From Candidatus Thorarchaeota archaeon (GTDB taxonomy: Archaea; Asgardarchaeota; Thorarchaeia; Thorarchaeales; Thorarchaeaceae): 43,269 bases of DNA. Both the position numbers and the translations under genes were made by a program. Location of the stretch: the NCBI GenBank assembly GCA_011364905.1, contig RDNZ01000024.1:1-43269 (forward strand). The letters run 5' to 3'. Under the pieces are notes generated by a model. That model was not told the origin of the DNA. It ran no database searches and saw only the letters and a program-made list of their open reading frames with translations. Positions within the stretch are counted from its first letter, which is position 1, and each line of letters starts with the position of its first letter. This document shows positions 1 through 8,142 of this stretch, one piece after another.

Positions 1-336
1 TTGAAATGCTTCATCTGTGGTCATGTCACGAACATCCAAGGGAATAAGATCTTTCTGAGCATCAAGCCCTACTTTTTGAAATGCATCTCGAAATAGCTTG
101 TATTGCATCGCTGGAGCACATCCTGCGATGATGACTTTTTCACCAGCATTGAGAGTGCTTTCCAGATATCTATCTCCATCTTCCTCGCACAACTGTGGAT
201 GTATCACGCCATATTTCACCGGGAGTTCCATTCGTACACGATTGATGAAGTCCCACATATCCATTTTCGCGAAACCAGGACATTTTCCTGTACAGACACA
301 GAAGAGGAATGCGGGACTGTCAGTTCCGTCTGTCAT
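1..336 (-). CDS. HdrA N-terminal-domain-like Fe-S protein (heterodisulfide reductase subunit A-like); 3' end runs off the window
   Basis: Not in the ORF track because it has no stop in the window. My translation from ATG 336: MTDGTDSPAFLFCVCTGKCPGFAKMDMWDFINRVRMELPVKYGVIHPQLCEEDGDRYLESTLNAGEKVIIAGCAPAMQYKLFRDAFQKVGLDAQKDLIPLDVRDMTTDEAFQ. The CxC...LC...IIAGCxP...FR...GL...DVRD pattern matches the HdrA N-terminal domain. GGTGG RBS upstream. Confidence 0.75.
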   Translation of the reverse strand, partial: MTDGTDSPAFLFCVCTGKCPGFAKMDMWDFINRVRMELPVKYGVIHPQLCEEDGDRYLESTLNAGEKVIIAGCAPAMQYKLFRDAFQKVGLDAQKDLIPLDVRDMTTDEAFQ

Positions 337-360
337 CTTGATTGCCACCGAATTCTAATC

Positions 361-390
361 AAATATCGAATAATCTCGATATTTAAATAA
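361..390 (-). promoter_or_regulatory. TATA-like box with an adjacent perfect 9-bp inverted repeat (candidate operator) upstream of the HdrA-like gene
   Basis: AAATATCGA(361-369)-N6-TCGATATTT(376-384) overlaps an AT-rich TTTAAATA element at about 381-389. Confidence 0.45.
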
Positions 391-508
391 TTAGGTGGTG
401 CTAATCACATTGATCGATAAAACTTGTTATTCGATTGAATATTTGTGAAAAAAATCGAAACTGTGAGAAAGAGTATTGCCACTTCTACAAAGGATACCAA
501 TCCTGAAC

Positions 509-1240
509 CTATTCGATTTTGATTTGTTCACCGATCTCAAGTGCAAGAAAGTCTGTGGCAGGTCTATTCTTTGAAGCAATCTCTAGAGTTTCGTAGCTCC
601 CAACGACTAGGAAAATACCACCTTCAGAACCGTATTCATACGTTTCAAAGAAGGGTAACTCTCGTTTTTCATTCCGAATCGAGACCTGATATCTCGATTT
701 TTCAAGAGAAGGTATGTTTGTGATGATGTTGCCAAACTTGTCTATCCGGACCACCTCGCCGACTCTCCCTTCCTGATGAAATACTAACGCCTGATCAAGA
801 CCCGGTTTTGGTTCGGTCGACATGACATCCAGGATGCCGGCTTCGTGATACGCCGCAGCCTTGGCAAAGACATCTCGACCGTGGAATGTATTAGACACGC
901 CTTCGTCTATGAGTATTTTATAGACTCGCTCAATGCCATCATCTGAGGCAGCTGGGTAGAGTAGACCGTTGTCAGGACCTATGTGGATGTAGTTCTTCGT
1001 CACGACAATGACAGCATCCCTTGCGGTTCCGACCCCAGGATCAATAACAGACACGAATACCGTGCCCTGTGGGAAGTACTTATAGCTCTTGAATAGTATC
1101 CATGCGCCTTCACGAATAGACTGAGATGGGATTGAATGAGTCAGGTCCACAACCGTAGCATCCGGACAAATGGAGTAAATTACACCACGCATGACTCCAG
1201 CATACTCAGAGACTCCGAAATCCGTCAGTAGCACAATCAT
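509..1240 (-). CDS. SAM hydroxide adenosyltransferase / SAM-dependent chlorinase-fluorinase family (DUF62)
   Basis: LLTDFG, DLTH, VIDPGVGT, GPDNGLL, SNTFHGRDVF and IDKFGN motifs. Confidence 0.92.
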   Translation of the reverse strand: MIVLLTDFGVSEYAGVMRGVIYSICPDATVVDLTHSIPSQSIREGAWILFKSYKYFPQGTVFVSVIDPGVGTARDAVIVVTKNYIHIGPDNGLLYPAASDDGIERVYKILIDEGVSNTFHGRDVFAKAAAYHEAGILDVMSTEPKPGLDQALVFHQEGRVGEVVRIDKFGNIITNIPSLEKSRYQVSIRNEKRELPFFETYEYGSEGGIFLVVGSYETLEIASKNRPATDFLALEIGEQIKIE

Positions 1241-1253
1241 GTCGGGTCCTCCT

Positions 1254-2390
1254 TTATTCGATCTTGATCAAGCGCATCTCGTTGTAGTCGGTTATCACTC
1301 TGATGTATCCTCTGAGCATCTTATCAACTTCTAGATTCCCGGTGTCAACCCGGAGGGTCTCTTCTGCGATTCCCTTTAGTTTTGAAGGAGTACTAATAAC
1401 CATAATCTGGTCTTTTCCAACACGTTCGATAATCCCTGGACTAATCTGTTGATTGCCCCTACCAAAGAGTATCCCTTGATGTCCAATGGGAGAAACGATA
1501 ATCCAGACCTTACTGAAGTCGTCAACGAGAGCTAGAATACGATCCTCATTGACATCATTATATATCGAACCTTGCTTGTAAACATCAACACCTAATGTCG
1601 TCTTCTTCACATTGAGTAAGTCAGTCACTGTTTTTACAGTAGTCCCTGGTCCAAGGATGTAAATCCCATCAGGGTCCATCTCTTCGACCACATACCTTGC
1701 GATTGCCTCTTGGGCTTCTTGTTCGTCAGAGGTCTCGGGACTTGCCTGTTTCGTACCTTGGAATCTAGCAGGTACGGATGGGCCTAATAGATAGCCATAG
1801 AGATTGATCATGAACTGGTCCTTTCTGATTGCCCGCTCATCTGCATCCATGATCTCGAATTCTGCAGTCTGCGCCGTCCCATCATAGACCATCTTAACAA
1901 CCTCTGCGGCATCTGCAGGATTCACAACAAAGATCCCACTATACATCTTGACACCGGCGGGAACTCCAAGCACAAGGAGGTCGTCCAACTCGTAAGATTT
2001 GACTGCATCCATGATGTCTCGGGCAGTCCCATCTCCACCCACGAAAACGAGAAGTCGGACCTCATCTTCATAGAGTGCCAAGACACAGTCCTTTGTGTCT
2101 TCGGCATCTGTAGAGTTCTCAATATCAATCTTAATGACCTCATGCTTCAGACCTGCCTCCTGAACTACATCCTCTCCCATTATTCCAGGACAGGTCACAA
2201 TGCGGATTGCATCTTTCAGATTAGATGCTATGATGATTGACTCGAAAGCTGTGAGAAACTCGAGTGCCCGACCGGGAGCTACCGGTGTAGCGCCTCTCTT
2301 GATGGCCTCTTCAACGACTCCGTCCGTCCCTTTCAGACCAACGCGACCGCCCATTCCAGCGATGGGGTTCACAAGCAGGCCAATGTTCAT
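1254..2390 (-). CDS. ATP-NAD/AcoX kinase family protein (COG3199-like)
   Basis: NPIAGMGGRVGLKGTDG, GGDGTARD, GVPAGVKMYSG, GPGTT and GRGNQQIS motifs. Confidence 0.9.
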   Translation of the reverse strand: MNIGLLVNPIAGMGGRVGLKGTDGVVEEAIKRGATPVAPGRALEFLTAFESIIIASNLKDAIRIVTCPGIMGEDVVQEAGLKHEVIKIDIENSTDAEDTKDCVLALYEDEVRLLVFVGGDGTARDIMDAVKSYELDDLLVLGVPAGVKMYSGIFVVNPADAAEVVKMVYDGTAQTAEFEIMDADERAIRKDQFMINLYGYLLGPSVPARFQGTKQASPETSDEQEAQEAIARYVVEEMDPDGIYILGPGTTVKTVTDLLNVKKTTLGVDVYKQGSIYNDVNEDRILALVDDFSKVWIIVSPIGHQGILFGRGNQQISPGIIERVGKDQIMVISTPSKLKGIAEETLRVDTGNLEVDKMLRGYIRVITDYNEMRLIKIE

Positions 2391-2459
2391 AAAATTGATA
2401 CAACCTCAAACTCTGACAGACAAACATACTCTAAAGCAGTTTTGATTGGACAAAATCCT

Positions 2460-3041
2460 TCATTTTAAAGCGCCAACCTGGTATGCAGACTGAATCCAGA
2501 ATGAAACTCTGACGAGCACTTCCTCAATGAACATGTCCCGTTTGTCTGGCGTTATTTCCTCAGGCCAACGATTTCTTCGATACTCATCGAACTTCTGGAA
2601 GGTTCGCCCATACTTGGTTGTCAGGGGGATCTCTACACGGTTGTCGCAGACTGTATTGAGTGCTCGTATGAATGTGACAAAATCGAGGTCAAGACGCATG
2701 ACCCACTTTCGAAGAGCCTTGAAGAACGTGTCACTTTTAGCCTCACCCCAATTGAGTTTCTTTACGGCCTCTCTGTCTGCTCCATCGATTCTCTCCGAAT
2801 TGAAACTGCACTTCCTATCATAGTCACATCTTGCACGGAGACTGATCTTGCCCTTTGTGAACCACATGTAAATGTCGTGAGTCCCTTTCTTCATCAGTTT
2901 CTCCCGATGGTCCTGGACAGGAAAGATGAGCTCCACTGACTTGCCCTCCTTGTACTTTCCTCCAGCCTTCAGGTACAGCTCCAGCGCCCAAGCTAGAGGG
3001 GGAATTGCATTTACTGGGTGTAGCTCATCTGGTTTGCTCAT
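2460..3041 (-). CDS. Hypothetical soluble alpha/beta protein (193 aa)
   Basis: Clean ATG ORF, co-oriented with and tightly packed between recognisable genes; protein-like composition; no motif recognised. Confidence 0.7.
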   Translation of the reverse strand: MSKPDELHPVNAIPPLAWALELYLKAGGKYKEGKSVELIFPVQDHREKLMKKGTHDIYMWFTKGKISLRARCDYDRKCSFNSERIDGADREAVKKLNWGEAKSDTFFKALRKWVMRLDLDFVTFIRALNTVCDNRVEIPLTTKYGRTFQKFDEYRRNRWPEEITPDKRDMFIEEVLVRVSFWIQSAYQVGALK

Positions 3042-3110
3042 TGTTCTAACTCACACGATGTAGTTCTCACTGATATTCGTTGGGATGGGGACAAGTCACA
3101 AAGAATTAGT

Positions 3111-3659
3111 CTAGTAGTTGTTGCCCTTTTCTCGCTGAGCCACTAAGACCTCTGCGAGATTTTGAAAGATGTCAACAATTCCCTCGCCAGTCTTGGCTGA
3201 TGATTCGATGTAGGGCATTCCGTGTTTGTCTGCAAACTCATGACCCTCAGATGGTTCAACCACTCTGTCAGGAAGGTCCGTCTTATTCGCAACTAGTACC
3301 AGCGGAATCTCCTTGTTGATGGCTTTGTGGAGCTCATCGAGCCACTCTTCAAGCACGATGAAGGTCCGTCGTCGGGTCACATCAAATACCAAGAGACCTC
3401 CACTCGACCCACGGTAGTACATGGGCCTTAGAATCTGAAAACGGCTCTGCCCGGCTACGTCCCAGATCTGTAACTTCACTGTGACATTGCCAGTGTCGCG
3501 TTTGATGTCGACGTTCTTGACTGCGAACTGACTCCCTATCGTGGTCTTGTAATCTGTACGGAAGAATCCGTGAGAGAACCTGGTGACTATAGCTGTCTTT
3601 CCTACGGCTCCTTCGCCCAAAACGACTATCTTGAACAAGTAGTCGTAGCTCGAGCTCAT
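3111..3659 (-). CDS. Rab-like small GTPase (Ras superfamily)
   Basis: YDYLFKIVVLGEGAVGKT (G1), TIGSQF (G2), KLQIWDVAGQ (G3), YYRG, NKTD (G4), ESSAK (G5). Start set at ATG 3659, which follows a GGAGG. Confidence 0.95.
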   Translation of the reverse strand: MSSSYDYLFKIVVLGEGAVGKTAIVTRFSHGFFRTDYKTTIGSQFAVKNVDIKRDTGNVTVKLQIWDVAGQSRFQILRPMYYRGSSGGLLVFDVTRRRTFIVLEEWLDELHKAINKEIPLVLVANKTDLPDRVVEPSEGHEFADKHGMPYIESSAKTGEGIVDIFQNLAEVLVAQREKGNNY

Positions 3660-3810
3660 AGAACAAACCTCCGATCGGACAAATGCACCTGGGCCCCATG
3701 CGAGCTGCTCATCTTGTAAAGTCACCTGAATGTGATAGGCGGTTCAGCAACAAAGCGATAACAAGTTGATGCCACTAATAAGGTTTCGTAAGATTTAGCA
3801 AAGGTGTGAG

Positions 3811-4539
3811 TCATGGTTTGTTTAGGATTTGAAGCTCATTCTCACGAGGGATTACGACGGTTGTTTCGGGAAGTTCTCTTTCAACGAGTTCCTTAAACTT
3901 CCGATGTTGATGGTCCTCACCATGAACAGCAACTGCGAAGGTGGGTTTCATGTCCATTGCCATTGCGAGAGCCACCCCAGGAGCGCAAGTTGGAGAAGGA
4001 TCTCCTGTTGGGAGGAATGCTACATCCACCTTGTCTTTGCTAACGGGCCAATACCCGGAGTCAGCAGCATGAAACGCTCTGAGCCGACCAATCTTAACTC
4101 GATATTGAATGATGGGTCGAGGATGAACGCCTCGATGCAGCTCCACCTTGATGCCATTGAGATTATACTTCGGTCCGTCCCGTACACCTTGAAACACCTC
4201 AGGTCCGGAGAGAACGCTCTCAGGTGGAATTCGCGACCGTAATTCTTCGACCATGCTGAACTCGCTGATGATCTGCGCTTGGGTCTTTTTGTATAACGCA
4301 ACTGCGTTGCTGAGGTTGTAGTGGTCGTGATGGCTGTGACTGTAGGTGATGAGATCAAGGGACTGGATGTGTGCCTTTGCTTTAGAGAAGAGGTCTGCGG
4401 GATCAAAGAGGACTACTCTATCTCTGGCGCGAAAGAGGATACTTGCATATCCAGCATAAATGAATGCAAACTCATTCGGACTCAATTCAGTTCCATAGAG
4501 CTTATCGACATTTTCTACAAGACTGCTCTCATCGGACAA
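3811..4539 (-). CDS. Metallo-beta-lactamase fold hydrolase (UlaG/UPF0173-like)
   Basis: LFDP, SHSHHDH (HxHxDH), FHAADSG and AVH motifs. GGTGA RBS before the TTG start. Confidence 0.85.
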   Translation of the reverse strand: MSDESSLVENVDKLYGTELSPNEFAFIYAGYASILFRARDRVVLFDPADLFSKAKAHIQSLDLITYSHSHHDHYNLSNAVALYKKTQAQIISEFSMVEELRSRIPPESVLSGPEVFQGVRDGPKYNLNGIKVELHRGVHPRPIIQYRVKIGRLRAFHAADSGYWPVSKDKVDVAFLPTGDPSPTCAPGVALAMAMDMKPTFAVAVHGEDHQHRKFKELVERELPETTVVIPRENELQILNKP

Positions 4540-4607
4540 GGATTTTCACCGCAATTCTTCATGCCTTTAGGTTATAATAATCAGAGTTTGCGTTTGCGCA
4601 AAGCCCA

Positions 4608-5402
4608 TCAACGGTTCTTGACTACCCACTCAACGAACTCCCTGAGCAGTCGGTTGAACTCTTCGGCATTTTCAACCATAGGAATATGATCAGCATTCCT
4701 CACAACTGCAATGTCTGCCCGTTGAAACTTTTTCTCTAGCTGCGAGGCCATAGCGGGAGTGATGATGTCGTCGTGTTCTCCAACAAGAATGAAGGTTGGG
4801 AGGTCAATCTCTCCGACTCTGTCAGCAATACTGAAGTCTCTGCATGCAGCCATGTCTCGAGCCATGATTGAGGGATGTGAGATTCGGATATCGTCTTCCA
4901 GTTTTTTCAACTGATAGGACTCAGTATAATCCTCGTAGACTTGATGCTTGAAGAAATATATTCGGTCATCAATTGTTTCCTTTATGAGTCCGGTTCTGAG
5001 TTTTGATAGTTGAAGCTCGTAGGATGTATCGACCAAGACAAGAGCCATGGGCTTCGGCACATTCGCTCTCAGAGCATAGGACATGACGATTCCCCCACCC
5101 ATAGAGTGACCCACAAGAATGAAATCATTCAGGTCCAAGTGCTTGACGAGAGAGACAATCTCTGCTGTGAAATCCCCCTCAACTGATGGCTCACTCACTC
5201 CATTCTCAGATTTCCCATGGCCTGAAAGATCTAAAGCAATCGTTCGAAACGTCTCTGAGAACTCACGGATTTGGAGCGACCATATCAGATGAGAAGAACC
5301 AGCACCATGGACAAAGACCAGAGAAACACCAGATAGTTTGTCAGCTCTTTTGTCAACATCCACGTAGTGAATCTTTGTCCTGTTATGTTCGAAGAAAGGC
5401 AT
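4608..5402 (-). CDS. Alpha/beta fold hydrolase
   Basis: FVHGAG, DLSGHGKS, GHSMGG nucleophile elbow, GEHDDI, ADH. Start moved to MPFFEH at 5402 to avoid overlap with the divergent gene. Confidence 0.9.
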   Translation of the reverse strand: MPFFEHNRTKIHYVDVDKRADKLSGVSLVFVHGAGSSHLIWSLQIREFSETFRTIALDLSGHGKSENGVSEPSVEGDFTAEIVSLVKHLDLNDFILVGHSMGGGIVMSYALRANVPKPMALVLVDTSYELQLSKLRTGLIKETIDDRIYFFKHQVYEDYTESYQLKKLEDDIRISHPSIMARDMAACRDFSIADRVGEIDLPTFILVGEHDDIITPAMASQLEKKFQRADIAVVRNADHIPMVENAEEFNRLLREFVEWVVKNR

Positions 5403-5490
5403 TGTTCGCAGCCAACTACGGTCATCAATATAGAGGTTTTTGGCACAGCGAGAATGTTCACCTGTAGGTATCTTTTTCTCCATCACTGCA

Positions 5491-6888
5491 ATGAATAGAA
5501 TTGTGATCCCCGTGACCGAAAAGCTGTTTGGGACAACAGGCGTTAGAAAAATCTACGGTGAGGAATTCGACCTTGAGATGGCGTTGAATCTCGGAAAAGC
5601 TCTTGGTACACATTTGGGCAAAGGAACCGTTCTATTGGCACGGGATGCTCGGATAACAGGTCTCATGGTGGCCAATGCGTTGACTTCAGGTTTAGTGTCA
5701 ACAGGCATCGATGTCATTGATGCTGGAATCATTCCAACACCAACCCTCGCATTCATCACCATGAAGCAAAAGTTCGATGCGGGTATTATGGTCACAGCCT
5801 CCCACAATCCACCAGAATACACGGGTGTTAAGTTCTGGTCTCGCAATAGCATGGGATTCACTCAAGGGGAGGAAAGAGAACTCGAGAAGATATATGACTC
5901 CAAGCAATTCAATGTAGCTAGATGGGATGAGCTGGGCAAAGTCAGTCACAATGAAAGCGCTGTTGATGAGCATATCGACGCGCTTCTTGAAATGTGCGAT
6001 GTGGATACCATTCGCAGTAAGTCATTCAGAGTCGTTGTTGATCCCGGAAATGGAGCTGCTTGTCTTCTTACTCCCTATTTGATGCAACGTTTGAACTGTC
6101 AAGTTGTGACAATCAATGGTCAGTTAGACGGACACTTTCCTGGAAGACGGTCTGAACCAGATGAGGATTCTCTTGGAGACCTTATCCAGATGATCAAGAA
6201 GACTGGTGCGGCCCTTGGGATCGCTCATGATGGAGATGCTGACAGAATTGTCTTTGTCACAGAGAAAGGAGAAGTAGTGAGAGGGGATCGGACCATCGCA
6301 CTATTGGCACAGCAAGCGCTTTCTACATCAAAGAGCAAAACTGTGGTCACAACCGTTGACAGTTCACTAGTGCTTGATGAGACCGTTGAGAGAGCTGGCG
6401 GGAATACGATTCGTACACCTGTGGGAGATATTCAGGTCGCAGTTAAAGTGGTTGAATCAAAGGGAGTCATTGGCGGAGAAGCATGTGGAGTGTTCATTTT
6501 TCCTGACGCTCATCTCGCCCCTGAACCATTTCTTGCAGCCTGCAAGGTCCTTGAACTAATGGCGAGGACTGGAAAGTCATTTGGTGAGTTGGTCACGACC
6601 ATTCCTCAGTACCCTCTCCTCAAGAGCAAAATTGCTTGTCCAAACGATAAGAAAGAGAGTGTGATGTCCAAAATTGCTACTGTTCTCCCAGAAAAAGTGG
6701 GTGACGTGAAGGAGGTCCTCACTGTAGATGGATTGGGAATCACTTCCAACCAGGGATGGGTATTGGTAAGGCCTTCAGGAACAGAACCAGTGATCAGGAT
6801 TACCTGTGAGGGACAGTCCAAAAATGCTGTAGAAAAGATTCTAAAGATAACAGAGGAAGTAGTGAGTAGCACTGTAGCCTCTGCCTGA
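5491..6888 (+). CDS. glmM: Phosphohexomutase (phosphoglucosamine mutase / phosphomannomutase family)
   Basis: LFGTTGVR, TASHNPPEY phosphoserine loop, HDGDADR metal loop, GGE, VRPSGTEP. Start is ATG 5491 or GTG 5512. GlmM versus PMM specificity is uncertain. Confidence 0.85.
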   Translation: MNRIVIPVTEKLFGTTGVRKIYGEEFDLEMALNLGKALGTHLGKGTVLLARDARITGLMVANALTSGLVSTGIDVIDAGIIPTPTLAFITMKQKFDAGIMVTASHNPPEYTGVKFWSRNSMGFTQGEERELEKIYDSKQFNVARWDELGKVSHNESAVDEHIDALLEMCDVDTIRSKSFRVVVDPGNGAACLLTPYLMQRLNCQVVTINGQLDGHFPGRRSEPDEDSLGDLIQMIKKTGAALGIAHDGDADRIVFVTEKGEVVRGDRTIALLAQQALSTSKSKTVVTTVDSSLVLDETVERAGGNTIRTPVGDIQVAVKVVESKGVIGGEACGVFIFPDAHLAPEPFLAACKVLELMARTGKSFGELVTTIPQYPLLKSKIACPNDKKESVMSKIATVLPEKVGDVKEVLTVDGLGITSNQGWVLVRPSGTEPVIRITCEGQSKNAVEKILKITEEVVSSTVASA

Positions 6889-6968
6889 ATCGATGCAGGT
6901 ATTACGATGCAAACAAGGTTTATAGAGGAAACTCACGATTCCTTTCTGAATATTGGGGTCAAGAAACA

Positions 6969-7352
6969 ATGCCAGATGAAAGAAAAGAGCTTGAAGCAGA
7001 AATTATGGATGAATTCGAGTGGGCTCTAAAGGACCCCAATGAAGAAAAAATCCGACAGCTGGGAGAAGTTGTCAGCATTATCACTACCAAACTCACCGAG
7101 GCTATTACTAACATCCAGATCGCAATCATGGATCTAGAGAGCAAGGTCGATGCCTTGGAGAGTAGGATGTCCTCAGCGGCTGTTCGAGCCCCTGCCGGAG
7201 ATGCAGCTTCAGCAGGCGCTGGAGGAGGACCAATCCCAACAATGGCGAGAGCGCCCACACCAAAACCAGCTGGAACTCCTGGCGGCCCAACAACAATGAT
7301 GGGAGAACTAAAACAGCTCTTGGCCGCTCGTAGAAGAAAAGCAGATGGCTAA
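6969..7352 (+). CDS. Small coiled-coil protein with Pro/Gly/Ala linker and a C-terminal Ena/VASP-FAB / WASH-C-like motif; candidate actin regulator
   Basis: Heptad helix (about residues 28-68), low-complexity linker, C-terminus GGPTTMMGELKQLLAARRRKADG. TATA-like AAGGTTTATA at about 6915-6924. The CDS is well supported; the function is inference. Confidence 0.7.
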   Translation: MPDERKELEAEIMDEFEWALKDPNEEKIRQLGEVVSIITTKLTEAITNIQIAIMDLESKVDALESRMSSAAVRAPAGDAASAGAGGGPIPTMARAPTPKPAGTPGGPTTMMGELKQLLAARRRKADG

Positions 7353-7366
7353 GGGTCGGCTTTCAA

Positions 7367-8035
7367 CTAAATCAGTCTGTCTACACTGTTCTTTTCATAA
7401 AATGGACCGGCATGCTCTGGAAGCGTAATCGCAAAGGCTTCAGCCCTTTTGCATTTTGCTTGAACTCCGCGTAGTCGTGTTCTAGCGTCATACAGTTGTG
7501 TGTAGAATGAGTCAGCCTTCTTGACTTGAGATTTGTGTTTCTTTAGAGCTGCGAGAGCTGCATCGTAGGATGCGGAGATATCAACGAGAACATGAGGGTG
7601 GGAGATCATTGTGTTGATTTCCATGTTATATATGCGTTCTACCCTGTGAGCATCATCAAAGACGGTCTTGTGTGATGCCCACTCCACAGCCTGTTTCACA
7701 ATGAGTGCACACTGCTGATGATTTCGATTGTAGTCATCTTCATGATGGGTAATGACTATTGTTGGCCGGGACTTCAGAATTGCTCCAACTACTTCGTTAA
7801 TGAGTTCCTCGCCAATCGCAAAATCGTCCCTCTCGCTCAGGTACAAGTTATGAGCACCAAGAATGCCACAAGCAGCCTTCAACTCCTCATTCCGCTCCTC
7901 ATTTCCAGTCATACAGTGGATATCGACCACAATACCTTCGTCAGCATGTCTTCGTATAGTGCCACCAGCTCCTATTGACTCATCGTCAGGATGCGCTACT
8001 ACAACAAGGATCTTTCCCTCATCTGAACCGCTCAT
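7367..8035 (-). CDS. bshB: PIG-L/LmbE family deacetylase, BshB-like
   Basis: VAHPDDESIGAGGT, VDIS, HKSQ and RG...AEAF motifs. Divergent from bshA. Confidence 0.8.
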   Translation of the reverse strand: MSGSDEGKILVVVAHPDDESIGAGGTIRRHADEGIVVDIHCMTGNEERNEELKAACGILGAHNLYLSERDDFAIGEELINEVVGAILKSRPTIVITHHEDDYNRNHQQCALIVKQAVEWASHKTVFDDAHRVERIYNMEINTMISHPHVLVDISASYDAALAALKKHKSQVKKADSFYTQLYDARTRLRGVQAKCKRAEAFAITLPEHAGPFYEKNSVDRLI

Positions 8036-8142
8036 AGAGTCACGTTAAATACACCTTCTAATCAAGGTTTGGCAGCATTGCAGTTGTCCAGACCATTTGC
8101 CTTAAAGGGGATGCAGGATAATCAGAAAAGAAGGTGCACTAT

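Noticed and set aside
98-390. Plus-strand ORFs 98-358 and 103-390
   Set aside because: They are antisense shadows of the HdrA-like minus-strand gene. The same applies to the many short ORFs in the track that lie inside recognised genes.
509-1240. Halogenase (fluorinase/chlorinase) for natural-product synthesis
   Set aside because: It carries the TFHGRD motif typical of the widespread DUF62 SAM hydrolases, and there is no biosynthetic cluster context.
3660-3725. 22-aa N-terminal extension on the GTPase as an Arf-like amphipathic helix
   Set aside because: A GGAGG precedes ATG 3659, so the extension is probably untranslated.
5403-5490. Head-to-head overlap of the hydrolase and mutase ORFs
   Set aside because: Artefact of longest-ORF starts; the likely starts (5402 and 5491/5512) leave an ordinary divergent promoter gap.
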